Program-made: the position numbers and the translations under genes
The notes under the pieces: model-generated
What the model saw: only the letters and a program-made list of their open reading frames with translations
The model's database searches: none
Told to the model about the DNA's origin: nothing
Origin: a virus
Taxonomy: Duplodnaviria > Caudoviricetes
DNA length: 37,773 nt
Virus record (IMG/VR): IMGVR_UViG_3300012844_000034
Location: 1 to 37,773 of that record
Direction: 5' to 3' (one strand)
Part shown: one piece after another, positions 26,453 through 35,568 of the stretch
How positions within the stretch are numbered: the first letter of the stretch is position 1
How the letters are laid out: the number at the start of each line of letters is the position of its first letter

Positions 26453-27135
26453 GTACAGGCTTGCAACCTGTCATCACCAAGGCCGGCCTGGCGGCGATCC
26501 TGACGGCAACGAAAACCGGACTTTCGGCCGAAATTAGCCATATCGCCCTGGGCAGCGTGGCCTACACCCCAGGCGCCGATCAAAAGACCCTGCGCAACGA
26601 GGTGGCGCGGTTCCCGATTTCCAGCGGCGAGAAGCTGAGCAGCACCCTGTTGCATCTAACCGCTGTCGCGGATGGCACGACCGGCTACTGGGTGCGTGAG
26701 ATTGGCATTTTCCTCAAGGACGGCACCTTGTTGGCGGTTTGGTCGCACTTGACCGAGGCGCTGGCCTACAAGGCCCCCAACATCGACCTGCTGCTGGCCT
26801 ACGACCTGTCACTGTCGGCGCTGCCGGCAGACAGCGTGACCATCACCAGCACGGCCGCCGGCCTCAACTTGACGTTGGCTGAGTCCTTGGCCGCGCAAGC
26901 CACGGCGCTCATTGCCGAGCAACTGCGCACTCTGCAGCAGCAAGACCGCCTGGTTAGCCAGGAACGACTGCAGCGCATTGCAGGGGAGCAAATCAGCGGC
27001 CTGCTGGAGCGCATGAGTACCGCCGAGAAATCCGCCTCCGAAACGCGCGACGTACTGCTAAGCGTGACGGTTGCCAATGCCACCGGCCTGATGGCCCTTC
27101 AACACACCGTTCTCCAACACATTCACGGATCCTAA
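26449..27135 (+). CDS. Tail fibre N-terminal/collar protein
   Basis: IT.AGLA...WVREIGIF..DGTL.AV (gpH-type baseplate anchor) followed by a coiled coil. Confidence 0.8.
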   Translation: MSTGLQPVITKAGLAAILTATKTGLSAEISHIALGSVAYTPGADQKTLRNEVARFPISSGEKLSSTLLHLTAVADGTTGYWVREIGIFLKDGTLLAVWSHLTEALAYKAPNIDLLLAYDLSLSALPADSVTITSTAAGLNLTLAESLAAQATALIAEQLRTLQQQDRLVSQERLQRIAGEQISGLLERMSTAEKSASETRDVLLSVTVANATGLMALQHTVLQHIHGS

Positions 27136-27137
27136 CC

Positions 27138-27869
27138 ATGAGCCTTGAAACTGAAATCGCCGCGCTGGTCGCGGCCAACAACAAGCTGATTGACTATTTC
27201 AACGGCAAAAAGACCGCGATTGACGCCGCCGTGTCGGCCGCCATCGCTGCAGCGCCGTCCATGGTCCGTGTCTACTGGGTTGACCAGCAGCTTGGGGACG
27301 ACGCCAACGGCCTCGGCACCGAGGCGAGTCCGTTCAAGACCCTGCAGCAGGCTATCAACGCTACCCCGGACGGTGGCCGGGTGCAGGCCTGGCTGTCCAA
27401 GGACTATGTGATGGACAAGCACATCAACCTGACCGGCCGGCGATTGATCGTTGCCGGCGTGGCGGGTTCGGGTCGTCGCCTGACCATCAACGAATTCATG
27501 CCAGAAGGTGACACCCTGCTGCGCATGGGTTCTTTCTGGGCTTCGAACGATTCCACCGTCCAGCTGGTGAACGTGACGGTGAGTCTTCCGGCTTCGAGCG
27601 CCGGTGACCTGAGCGCGTATTACGGGCTCGTTTTTGCCAGCGGTTCGTCGGCGCCGATCATGCTGCAGCTGCGCATGTACAACTGCGCGTTCGAGCTGCG
27701 CGGCACCTTCCGGGGCAAGTTGTTTGGCCCTGGATCGGTACTGTTCGCGCTGTCGATGATCGGCACCGCTGTGCCTTCGGCGCTCAATGGCTCGCTGATT
27801 CCTGGCGTTTCTGCTGGCACCCTTTCCAAAGACGTCGGCCACGTCGTCACCAACCTGTCGAGCCTGTGA
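27138..27869 (+). CDS. Tail fibre/receptor-binding-like protein
   Basis: MSLETEIAALV coiled coil, YWVD...GDD..G....PFKTLQQAI motif, then a beta-rich domain. Confidence 0.6.
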   Translation: MSLETEIAALVAANNKLIDYFNGKKTAIDAAVSAAIAAAPSMVRVYWVDQQLGDDANGLGTEASPFKTLQQAINATPDGGRVQAWLSKDYVMDKHINLTGRRLIVAGVAGSGRRLTINEFMPEGDTLLRMGSFWASNDSTVQLVNVTVSLPASSAGDLSAYYGLVFASGSSAPIMLQLRMYNCAFELRGTFRGKLFGPGSVLFALSMIGTAVPSALNGSLIPGVSAGTLSKDVGHVVTNLSSL

Positions 27870-27876
27870 GGCGACC

Positions 27877-28332
27877 ATGCAAAAAACCTTTCTGAACGTC
27901 GTCTATGGCGACAACACCTACAACGGCTTTGACTTCGACGCGCTGCCCATTGGCGCCGCGTTGCTGGTGGCGCAGCAGCAAATCGAGCAAGCCGCCGACC
28001 AGGCGCGCTCGGCGGTACTCGGTGACCCGCTGCGTGCCATCGAGAACCAGCTGGCCGAAGACGAAGCGAAGGCCTTCAAGCAGGCGGGTTACGCCGGCGA
28101 AGTGCCGTTGACCGTACAGGCGCTGGTCGATGCCCAGGGCGTCGAGCCCATGGAAGCGGCCGAGGCGATCCTGCAGGAGGCGCAGGCCTGGCATGCGGCG
28201 GTGTGCTCGATCCGCGCGGCTCGCCTCAAGGGCAAGGTCGAGGTGCTCAAGGCAACCACCCATGCGCAGGCTGAGGCCTATGCCGATACGGCAATCAACG
28301 CCATCCGCGCGAGTGTATCCGGCATCGTCTGA
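27877..28332 (+). CDS. Tail fibre-associated protein, possible chaperone
   Basis: Helical 151-aa protein directly after the fibre genes. Confidence 0.55.
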   Translation: MQKTFLNVVYGDNTYNGFDFDALPIGAALLVAQQQIEQAADQARSAVLGDPLRAIENQLAEDEAKAFKQAGYAGEVPLTVQALVDAQGVEPMEAAEAILQEAQAWHAAVCSIRAARLKGKVEVLKATTHAQAEAYADTAINAIRASVSGIV

Positions 28333-28426
28333 CCCTCTCCCCGCATTCCCTTGAGCGCCCCGATTTCGGGGCGTTTCTGTTTCTGCAGGGCCGCCGCGTG
28401 CGGCCCATTCTTTTGGAGCAATCCCA

Positions 28427-29596
28427 ATGGCTGCAAGCTTCTTCCACGGCGTTACCGTAACGAACGTCGACACTGGCGCGCGTCCTGTTTCGCTGCCGTC
28501 TTCCTCGATCATTGGCCTGGTCGACACCTTTACCGAAGGCGCGAATGTGTCGGCCAAGGCCGGCGACGTTGTGCTGATCACCAACGAGCGTGAGGCCATC
28601 GCTGCGTTTGGCGCCGGCGCTGCGATTACCAAGGCCTGCCAGGCGATCTACGCCCGTTCCAAGGCAGTGATCGTCGCCACGGGCGTGGCTAAGGGCGCCG
28701 ATGTGGCTGCACAAACTTCCGCGATCATTGGCGGCGTGCAGGCCAACGGTAAGCGTACCGGCCTGCAGGCGCTGCTGGACGGCAAGAGCCGTTTCAACGC
28801 CCAGCCGCGGCTGATCATTGCGCCCAAGCACAGCGCCACCCAGGCAGTGGCCACCGCCATGGATTCGATTGCGGCCAAGCTGCGGGCCGTGGCGATCATC
28901 GACGGCCCCAACACCACCGACGAGGCGGCCACCACCTACGCCAAGCTGTTCGGTTCCAAGCGACTGTACATGGTCGACCCCGGTGTACAGATGTGGGACA
29001 CCACCACCAGCGCGACTGTAGATGCGCCGGCCTCGGCCTGGGCTGCAGGTATGTTTGCCTACACCGACAGCGAATATGGTTTCTGGTCCTCGCCATCGAA
29101 CAAGGAGTTCGTCGGCATCACCGGCACCACCCGTGCCATCGAGTACCTGGACGGTGACGAGACGTGCCGTGCCAACCTGCTGAACAACGCCAATATCGCG
29201 ACCATCATCCGCGACGACGGGTTCCGCCTGTGGGGCAACCGCACGCTGTCGAGCGATGCGAAATGGGCGTTCGTCACCCGTGTGCGGACCATGGACATGG
29301 TCATGGACGCGATCCTGTACGGCCACAAGTGGGCGGTAGACCGGGGCATTACCTCGACCTATATCCGCGACGTGACCGAAGGCCTGCAGGCCTTCATGCG
29401 CGACCTGAAAGCCCAGGGCGCAATCATCAACTTCGAAGTCTACGCCGACCCGGTGCTCAACACGGCCAGCCAGCTGGAGCAGGGCAAGGTGTATTGGAAC
29501 ATTCGCTTCACCGACGTTCCGCCGGCTGAGAACCCGAATTTCCGTATCGAAGTCACCAACCAGTGGCTGACCGAAGTCCTCGACCAAGTCGCATAA
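28427..29596 (+). CDS. Contractile tail sheath protein (FI-like)
   Basis: FFHGV, TGLQAL, WSSPSN, GFRLWGNRT and PPAEN motifs. Confidence 0.95.
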   Translation: MAASFFHGVTVTNVDTGARPVSLPSSSIIGLVDTFTEGANVSAKAGDVVLITNEREAIAAFGAGAAITKACQAIYARSKAVIVATGVAKGADVAAQTSAIIGGVQANGKRTGLQALLDGKSRFNAQPRLIIAPKHSATQAVATAMDSIAAKLRAVAIIDGPNTTDEAATTYAKLFGSKRLYMVDPGVQMWDTTTSATVDAPASAWAAGMFAYTDSEYGFWSSPSNKEFVGITGTTRAIEYLDGDETCRANLLNNANIATIIRDDGFRLWGNRTLSSDAKWAFVTRVRTMDMVMDAILYGHKWAVDRGITSTYIRDVTEGLQAFMRDLKAQGAIINFEVYADPVLNTASQLEQGKVYWNIRFTDVPPAENPNFRIEVTNQWLTEVLDQVA

Positions 29597-29608
29597 GGAG
29601 CGCAATCC

Positions 29609-30118
29609 ATGGCAATGATTCCCGAAATTCTGGCCAACCTGAACCTGTTTGTGGATGGCGTCAGCTTCCAGGGCGATGTGCCCAGCCTGACCCTCCCCAA
29701 GCTTACGCTCAAGACCGAGGAGCACCGGCCCGGCGGTTACGACATGCCGATTGAGATGGACGTGGGCATGGAGAAGATGGAGTCCAACTTCACCACCACC
29801 GGCGTGCGCAAGGAATCGCTGAAGTTCTACGGCCTCGCGGACGGCAATGCCTTCAACGGCACTTTCCGGGGTTCGTTCAAGGGCCAGAAAGGTGAAACCA
29901 AAGCGGTAATCGTCACCCAGCGGGGGACCTTGAAAGAGATCGATATGGGCGACTGGAAGCCCGGCGACAAGGCTGAGCTCAAGCATTCCATTGCCGTGAC
30001 CTACTACAAGCTGGAGGTCGGCGGCGAGACCATTTACGAGATCGATCCGGCCGGCATGAAGCGCGTCATCAACGGCGTCGACCAGTTGGCCAGCCAGCGC
30101 CGCGACCTCGGCCTGTAA
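29609..30118 (+). CDS. Major tail tube protein (FII-like)
   Basis: NLFVDG, LPKL..KTEE.R.GG, YYKL and INGVDQL motifs. Confidence 0.93.
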   Translation: MAMIPEILANLNLFVDGVSFQGDVPSLTLPKLTLKTEEHRPGGYDMPIEMDVGMEKMESNFTTTGVRKESLKFYGLADGNAFNGTFRGSFKGQKGETKAVIVTQRGTLKEIDMGDWKPGDKAELKHSIAVTYYKLEVGGETIYEIDPAGMKRVINGVDQLASQRRDLGL

Positions 30119-30160
30119 TCCCTTCAGGCCTTTCTCATCCCCTTTCAAGGTAACCACTCG

Positions 30161-30457
30161 ATGACCAAGCCACTGCCAAAATTCATCATGCTGGAAGCTG
30201 ACCGCGTCACTGTGACGCTGACCAGCCCGGCCGAACTCAACGGCGTCCAGCAGGACCACATCACCTTGCGCGCGCCGACTGTGCGCGATATCCGCAACTC
30301 CACCAAAACCTCGGACGGTGACGACGAGCAGCGCGAGTTGAACCTGTTCGCCTCCCTGGCTGAGGTGCATGTCAAAGACCTGGAGGGGCTTACCTACAAG
30401 GACTACAACCGCCTTGCGACCGGGTACAACTTTCTGGTGCGAGACGACGAGCTTTAA
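30161..30457 (+). CDS. Tail assembly chaperone (gpE-like)
   Basis: ITLRAPTVRD and DYNRL motifs; between tube and tape measure genes. Confidence 0.88.
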   Translation: MTKPLPKFIMLEADRVTVTLTSPAELNGVQQDHITLRAPTVRDIRNSTKTSDGDDEQRELNLFASLAEVHVKDLEGLTYKDYNRLATGYNFLVRDDEL

Positions 30458-30569
30458 TCCGGCCACGCAGAAGCAAGCTGCCAAGCGACTTGCGGCTGAG
30501 CTGAATTTTTCAGCCGCAGAGATCCAGACCATGTCCTATGCGGACATGGTGTGGTGGCTGACGGATTGA
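30453..30569 (+). CDS. Frameshift extension of the tail chaperone (E+E'-like)
   Basis: +1 frame reads FNPATQKQAAKRLAAELNFSAAEIQTMSYADMVWWLTD, resembling the gpE' pattern; no clear start of its own. Confidence 0.6.
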   Translation, partial: FNPATQKQAAKRLAAELNFSAAEIQTMSYADMVWWLTD

Positions 30570-30588
30570 GCTTGCATAGGGGGCACCG

Positions 30589-33500
30589 ATGGCAGGCAAA
30601 CTAGCGTTATCGCTGGTGATCGGGGGTGCTGTCGCCTCGTCGGTAGGCGCTGCATTCAAGACGGTCGAGAGCGGCATCCAGAAGCTGGAAGCCAAAGGCA
30701 ACAGGGCCAAGGTGCTGAAAAGCACCATTGGCGAAACCGTCAAGCTGCGCGAAGAGTGGAAGCGTGCGCATGATAGTGGCGCTGCCGGCGCCGACAAACT
30801 GCTGCGCAAGCTGGACAGCAACCTTGATGCTTTGCGCAAGCAAGGCATTGAGGTTGGGCGCCTCAGTCGCGAGTATCAGCGGCTGGGGCGCGAGGCGAGA
30901 GCCGCCGATATGCAGCTGAAGGGTCACCAGCAGCTGCAGGCGGGCAAGGAATCGCTCAAGTCGAACATCGGCAAGGCGGTGGTCGCCACGGGCGCGGCCG
31001 CTGTGCCGACGATGATCAGTGCGAACTATCAAGCGATCATCCGGGACATTGCGATCAAGGCCGATATCGTCAACAAGCCGGAAGAGCGGCAGCTCACCCG
31101 GACGGTAATCGATACGGCCAAAGATACTGGCATGTCGCGCAATGACGTGGCCGACCTGGTCAACCAGCTGGTCGGCGCCGGCATGGACCTCGACAAGGCG
31201 CTGTCGTATGCGCCAGTGGCTGCCAAGTTCGCTATCGGCCAAGGATCCTCGGGCGTCGATACGGCGTCGATGATCCAGGTGCTGCAGCAAAACGCCAAGA
31301 TCAGCGATCCGAAGGTCATGCAGCAGGCCCTGGAGGCTATCGCCTACCAAGGTCAGGCGGGTAGCTTCGAGGCCAGCGACATGGCCAAGTGGTTCCCGCA
31401 ACTGCTGGCCGGCATGGAGAAGAACGGCATCACCGGGCTGGATGCGGTGACCTCGCTGGGCTCGATGCTGCAGGTCCAGATGAAGACCGCCGGCAGTTCG
31501 GACGAAGCGGCTAACAACTTCAAGAACTGGATGGAGAAGATCGGCGCTGGTGATGTGGTCAAAGCCTACAAGGATGCTGGCATTGACTATCAGTCCTCGC
31601 TGAACACTGGCCTGCAGAAGGGCATGAACGTCATTGAGGCGTCCATGGCCCTGGCCATGAAGTACGTCGAGGCGACTGATCCGGCCAAGGCCAAAAAGAT
31701 CGAGGCAGCCAAGGCCAACATCGACAAGGAAGTTGACCCGGAGAAAGCCAAGGCCGCGCTTGAGGCGCTGGAGAAAACGTTGCGCACCGGCGATATCTTC
31801 GCCGACATGCAGGTCAAGGCCGCGCTCACAGCCTACGGGCAAAACCGGGGCTTGTATGAGGAGCTCAAAGCCGATTCGCAGAAAGCCTCGGGCATCCTCG
31901 ATAAGAACCTTGCTGAGCGCCGAGAGACCTCTGCGCAGCATTGGGCCGAGCTGGGGCAGGCTGTCAACGACTCGATGCGCAGCATTGGTGACGCCATCCG
32001 CCCGGCCACCGACATGGCGGCTAAAGGACTGACGGCGGTTGCCCGTGGCGTCACCGAGCTGTCGGACAAGTTTCCGATGGTCGTGGCGGGCATTGCCGCC
32101 ACCGTAGGGGCCATCCTGGCATTCAGGACCGCGTCCAGTGCGCTCAAGATCGGGCGAGGCGTGGTCAACATCGCGCGCGGCCGTGGCCTGGAGTCTTTCG
32201 CTGGTCGAGCTAATCGTGGCGAGCGTGCACCCATCGAACTGCCCAAGACCGGTAACAAGGTGGTCGACACCGGGTTAGGCGTGCTGGGCAAGGTGCTTGG
32301 GGCGCGCTCGCCCGGTTCTGATCCGGCCAATGACCCTGTAACGGATGGAAACGACCCGCAGCGGGTGTTTGTGGTCAATGCCGACGCCATGGGTGGGATT
32401 GGCAGTAGCGTTGCGAATAGCGCCCCAGCAGCGCCTGCCAAGGGTAGTCGCAGAAGCCGCCGTCGTGCGCGTCGACGCGAAAACAGGCAAGGCGCCTCAG
32501 CCCGGCCGAAGCAAGCGGTGGGGCCGACAAAGTTGCCATCGGTAAAGCCCGCTGTAGCTGCAGTTGTTCCTACGGCTATACCAAAAGCGGTGACCGGCAT
32601 TGAAGAATTGGGCAGGGTCGCTCGCTCAGTACGCGGCGTTACCCGTCTTGCCAAGCGATTGCCTGGCGGGAATGTGGTTGATGCCGGCGCTGCCGCGATT
32701 GATGTGGCGATCAACGCCAACTCTCAGGAAGAGAAAGCTGAAGGGTATGGGGGGGCTGCAGGCAGTCTCACGGGGGCTCTCGCGGGCGCTGCAGCAGGGG
32801 CGGCCATCGGTTCGGTGGTGCCTGTTATTGGTACAGCAGTGGGTGGTGCTGTCGGCGCCGTGCTTGGCGGTATGGGTGGCGAATCGCTGGGCAGCTGGTT
32901 GGGTAAGCGCTGGTTTGGTAATGAACAGCCTGATGCGGAGGATGAACCAAAGCCGGAAAGTCCGCAGATGCCGGGGCAGGCTTTACGGGCCACGGTGCTC
33001 CCTGCGCAGGAAGACAAACCGGAAGGCAAGGTACAGCAGGGGGCACCATTGCCTGCAGCGCCGGTCCCGGCCTTGGGTGAGACCGTGCGCAACGTACCGG
33101 CCTCAGCGCCCGTCGCGCCTATTGTGTCTGACGCGCTCGGCTCTGAAGCAAATGACCCGTACCTGTTGCCCGCGTTGACAGACAACAAGGTACGTTTCCC
33201 GGGGGCGCCCCTGGTGCGGCCGCCGATTCAGCCTGAACCGGTGCCCGAGCCTGAGCCAGCAACTTTGCTGCACGAACCGCCGAAGCTGGGTGACACGGTG
33301 AGAGCCGTGGCCGCTCCGGCACCGGCCGCCCCGGCAGTGTCATATGACCCGCTCGATCCGGGGGCCAAGGACCCGTATCTGTTGCCGGCCCTGACGGTGA
33401 ACAAGGTACGCTTCCCCGGTGCACCTCTGGTGCGACCGTCGGTTCAACCTGAACCTGAACCTGAGCCAGCGCCTGCAGTGTCGTATGACCTGCTCGACCC

Positions 33501-34470
33501 CAAGGCCAAGGATCCATTCCTGTTGCCGGCCCTGACGGCCAACAAAGTCCGTTTCCCGGGTGCGCCTCTGGTGCGTCCGCCGGTTCAACCTGAGTCGTTG
33601 CCTGAGCCCGTGCCCCTGCTGCAGGAACCGACGAAGCTGGGCGACACAGTGCGAGCGTTGGCCGCCCCGCAACCGGTCGAGCCGGCTGTTTCGTATGACC
33701 CGGTCAATCCCGAGGCCAAGGACCCATATCTGTTGCCGGCATTGACGGCCAACAAGGTACGTTTCCCGGGTGTGCCCCTGTTGCGGCCGCCGGTCCAGCC
33801 TGAGCCGGTGATTGAGGCTGAGCCAGCGCCGACACTGCAGGAACCGCCGAAGCTGGGTGACACGGTGAAAGCCGTGGCCGCTCCAACGCCGGCCGCCCCG
33901 GCAGTGTCATATGACCCGCTTGCGCCGGGGGCCAAGGACCCGTATCTGTTGCCGGCCCTGACGGCAAACAAGGTGCGCTTCCCAGGTGCAGGGCTGGTGC
34001 CACCGCCAGCGCAGCCACAGCCGGCGTCGGAAACACCTCCGACGAAATTGGGTGAGACGTTGCGTGAGGCCCCAGTCAAGTCGACGCCCGCCCCAATAAT
34101 CATCGACAACCGCCAGCGCAAGCCTGCGGCCGATGGAGTGTCACCTCAAGTCATCCCCCGGCCGGAAACCGTGCCAGCGGGGTTGGGTGAGCTGGTACGC
34201 GACATGGTGGCCAAATCGGCGCCTGCCGCGCCCCGGATGCCCGACTTGGTTCAGCCAGCCAAGGTCGCTGCGCCGGCCCCGGCTCCGAAGGTTGATCAGT
34301 CGTTTACCTTCGCGCCGAGTATCCCGATCAACGTCACCGGCGATGTGAAGGACCCGGCGGAGCTGCTGCGCGAGTTGGAATCAGGCGTGAGGCGGCTGTT
34401 CGATGGCTGGCAGCGTGAGCTGTCTGCGCGCACGGCCTCGACCCAATTGTTCGATCAACCGCATGTGTAA
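30589..34470 (+). CDS. Tail tape measure protein with a Pro-rich repeat insertion
   Basis: 1293 aa, Ala-rich helical core, GAAAGAAIGSVVPVIGTAVGG segment, in the standard position. Confidence 0.92.
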   Translation: MAGKLALSLVIGGAVASSVGAAFKTVESGIQKLEAKGNRAKVLKSTIGETVKLREEWKRAHDSGAAGADKLLRKLDSNLDALRKQGIEVGRLSREYQRLGREARAADMQLKGHQQLQAGKESLKSNIGKAVVATGAAAVPTMISANYQAIIRDIAIKADIVNKPEERQLTRTVIDTAKDTGMSRNDVADLVNQLVGAGMDLDKALSYAPVAAKFAIGQGSSGVDTASMIQVLQQNAKISDPKVMQQALEAIAYQGQAGSFEASDMAKWFPQLLAGMEKNGITGLDAVTSLGSMLQVQMKTAGSSDEAANNFKNWMEKIGAGDVVKAYKDAGIDYQSSLNTGLQKGMNVIEASMALAMKYVEATDPAKAKKIEAAKANIDKEVDPEKAKAALEALEKTLRTGDIFADMQVKAALTAYGQNRGLYEELKADSQKASGILDKNLAERRETSAQHWAELGQAVNDSMRSIGDAIRPATDMAAKGLTAVARGVTELSDKFPMVVAGIAATVGAILAFRTASSALKIGRGVVNIARGRGLESFAGRANRGERAPIELPKTGNKVVDTGLGVLGKVLGARSPGSDPANDPVTDGNDPQRVFVVNADAMGGIGSSVANSAPAAPAKGSRRSRRRARRRENRQGASARPKQAVGPTKLPSVKPAVAAVVPTAIPKAVTGIEELGRVARSVRGVTRLAKRLPGGNVVDAGAAAIDVAINANSQEEKAEGYGGAAGSLTGALAGAAAGAAIGSVVPVIGTAVGGAVGAVLGGMGGESLGSWLGKRWFGNEQPDAEDEPKPESPQMPGQALRATVLPAQEDKPEGKVQQGAPLPAAPVPALGETVRNVPASAPVAPIVSDALGSEANDPYLLPALTDNKVRFPGAPLVRPPIQPEPVPEPEPATLLHEPPKLGDTVRAVAAPAPAAPAVSYDPLDPGAKDPYLLPALTVNKVRFPGAPLVRPSVQPEPEPEPAPAVSYDLLDPKAKDPFLLPALTANKVRFPGAPLVRPPVQPESLPEPVPLLQEPTKLGDTVRALAAPQPVEPAVSYDPVNPEAKDPYLLPALTANKVRFPGVPLLRPPVQPEPVIEAEPAPTLQEPPKLGDTVKAVAAPTPAAPAVSYDPLAPGAKDPYLLPALTANKVRFPGAGLVPPPAQPQPASETPPTKLGETLREAPVKSTPAPIIIDNRQRKPAADGVSPQVIPRPETVPAGLGELVRDMVAKSAPAAPRMPDLVQPAKVAAPAPAPKVDQSFTFAPSIPINVTGDVKDPAELLRELESGVRRLFDGWQRELSARTASTQLFDQPHV
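33154..33990 (+). repeat. Five in-frame repeats encoding DP(Y/F)LLPALTxNKVRFPG
   Basis: Copies start at 33154, 33370, 33511, 33721 and 33937 (spacings 216, 141, 210 and 216 nt). Confidence 0.9.
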
Positions 34471-34479
34471 GGAGGGCCT

Positions 34480-35325
34480 ATGGCCTACATGGCGCAGCTG
34501 GAGTCGTCCCTTTCCGGGCTGGTTTCAGCTGGGGAAGCTGGGCGCAAAGGTGTGGACGGCATGCTGTCCCCGCTCAACAGTGCGGTCGGGAGCATCACAG
34601 GTGCTGCGTCGGAGCTGGAAAACATACCGTTCGTGGGAGCTGAGGCTGGTGCAAAGCTTGGCCGGATCGTGCGAAGTATCAATGTCGCGCAGTCCCAGGT
34701 GGGGCAGGTTGCGTCGATGTATAGCCGAGCCGTCACCGGCGCCGCCCAGGTGCAGGAACGCCTGGGCACGTTCAAGACGATGGCGGGCAAGGTCACGGCC
34801 GAGGCGGGGCGGGTGGCGGGGCTGGTCAGCCCGTCACTGGCCAACATCCTGCCCACGGGCGGCTTGATGGGCTCGGCTACACCGCTTCCCGAGGCGGTTG
34901 CTCCGTTCCCGCACCTGCTGATCATCCAGCCACATGACCCCAAGCTGCAGCCGTATTACTTCAACCTGGGCACTGCACCCTTCGACGAACTGCGCCGACA
35001 GGCGTCGTATCGCTGGGCTGGGCAAGAGCGCCTGCGCCGAAGTGTGGCGCAGCAGGCGGTCGGCCTGGGTGAAGAAAAGATCACGCTCAAGGGCGCGATC
35101 TTCCCGCACCACAAGGGCGGCATTAATCAACTGAAGGTGCTGCGTAGCATTGGCCGCAACCTGCAGGCGTTGAAGCTGGTCACGGGCTATGGCGAGGTGC
35201 TGGGCGACTGGTGCCTGGTGAGTGTGGAAGAGGAACAAAACCACCTGCTGGCAGGCGGCATCCCCCGTAAACAGGGCTTTAACCTGGAGTTTGTGAGCTA
35301 TGGCAACGACCTGCAGAACGTCTGA
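34480..35325 (+). CDS. Tail protein, GpU family, with N-terminal extension
   Basis: C-terminal YRWAGQERL...Q..G.GEEKITL.G and LVTGYGEVLG.W motifs. Confidence 0.85.
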   Translation: MAYMAQLESSLSGLVSAGEAGRKGVDGMLSPLNSAVGSITGAASELENIPFVGAEAGAKLGRIVRSINVAQSQVGQVASMYSRAVTGAAQVQERLGTFKTMAGKVTAEAGRVAGLVSPSLANILPTGGLMGSATPLPEAVAPFPHLLIIQPHDPKLQPYYFNLGTAPFDELRRQASYRWAGQERLRRSVAQQAVGLGEEKITLKGAIFPHHKGGINQLKVLRSIGRNLQALKLVTGYGEVLGDWCLVSVEEEQNHLLAGGIPRKQGFNLEFVSYGNDLQNV

Positions 35326-35506
35326 CGGGGATCTGCTGGACGTGATCTGCCAGCACTACTACGGGCACCTCAACGGTACCGTCGAGGCGGTGCTGGAGGC
35401 TAACCCGGATCTGGCCAGGGAGGCGCAGCCGTATCGTGCCGGCCTGCTGATCCAGTTGCCCGACTTGTCGGCGCCGGCGGTCGAGCTGCTGCAGCTGTTC
35501 GACTGA
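35300..35506 (+). CDS. Tail protein X (LysM-like)
   Basis: GDLLDVICQHYYG...VLEANPDL motif. Confidence 0.9.
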   Translation: MATTCRTSDGDLLDVICQHYYGHLNGTVEAVLEANPDLAREAQPYRAGLLIQLPDLSAPAVELLQLFD

Positions 35507-35528
35507 CCCCCTTAAGTCACGCGTAACG

Positions 35529-35556
35529 AACCCCGCCCCGCGCGGGGTTTCTTGTA
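35529..35556 (+). terminator. Intrinsic terminator-like hairpin
   Basis: AACCCCGC-CCCGC-GCGGGGTT followed by TCTT. Confidence 0.45.
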
Positions 35557-35568
35557 TCTGGAGCACGC

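Noticed and set aside
28295-31941. Long minus-strand ORFs (745 aa and 444 aa)
   Set aside because: Antisense shadows of the sheath, tube and tape measure genes
33154-33990. Diversity-generating retroelement template/variable repeats
   Set aside because: No reverse transcriptase is in the window, all copies are in frame within one gene, and the differences are not adenine-specific
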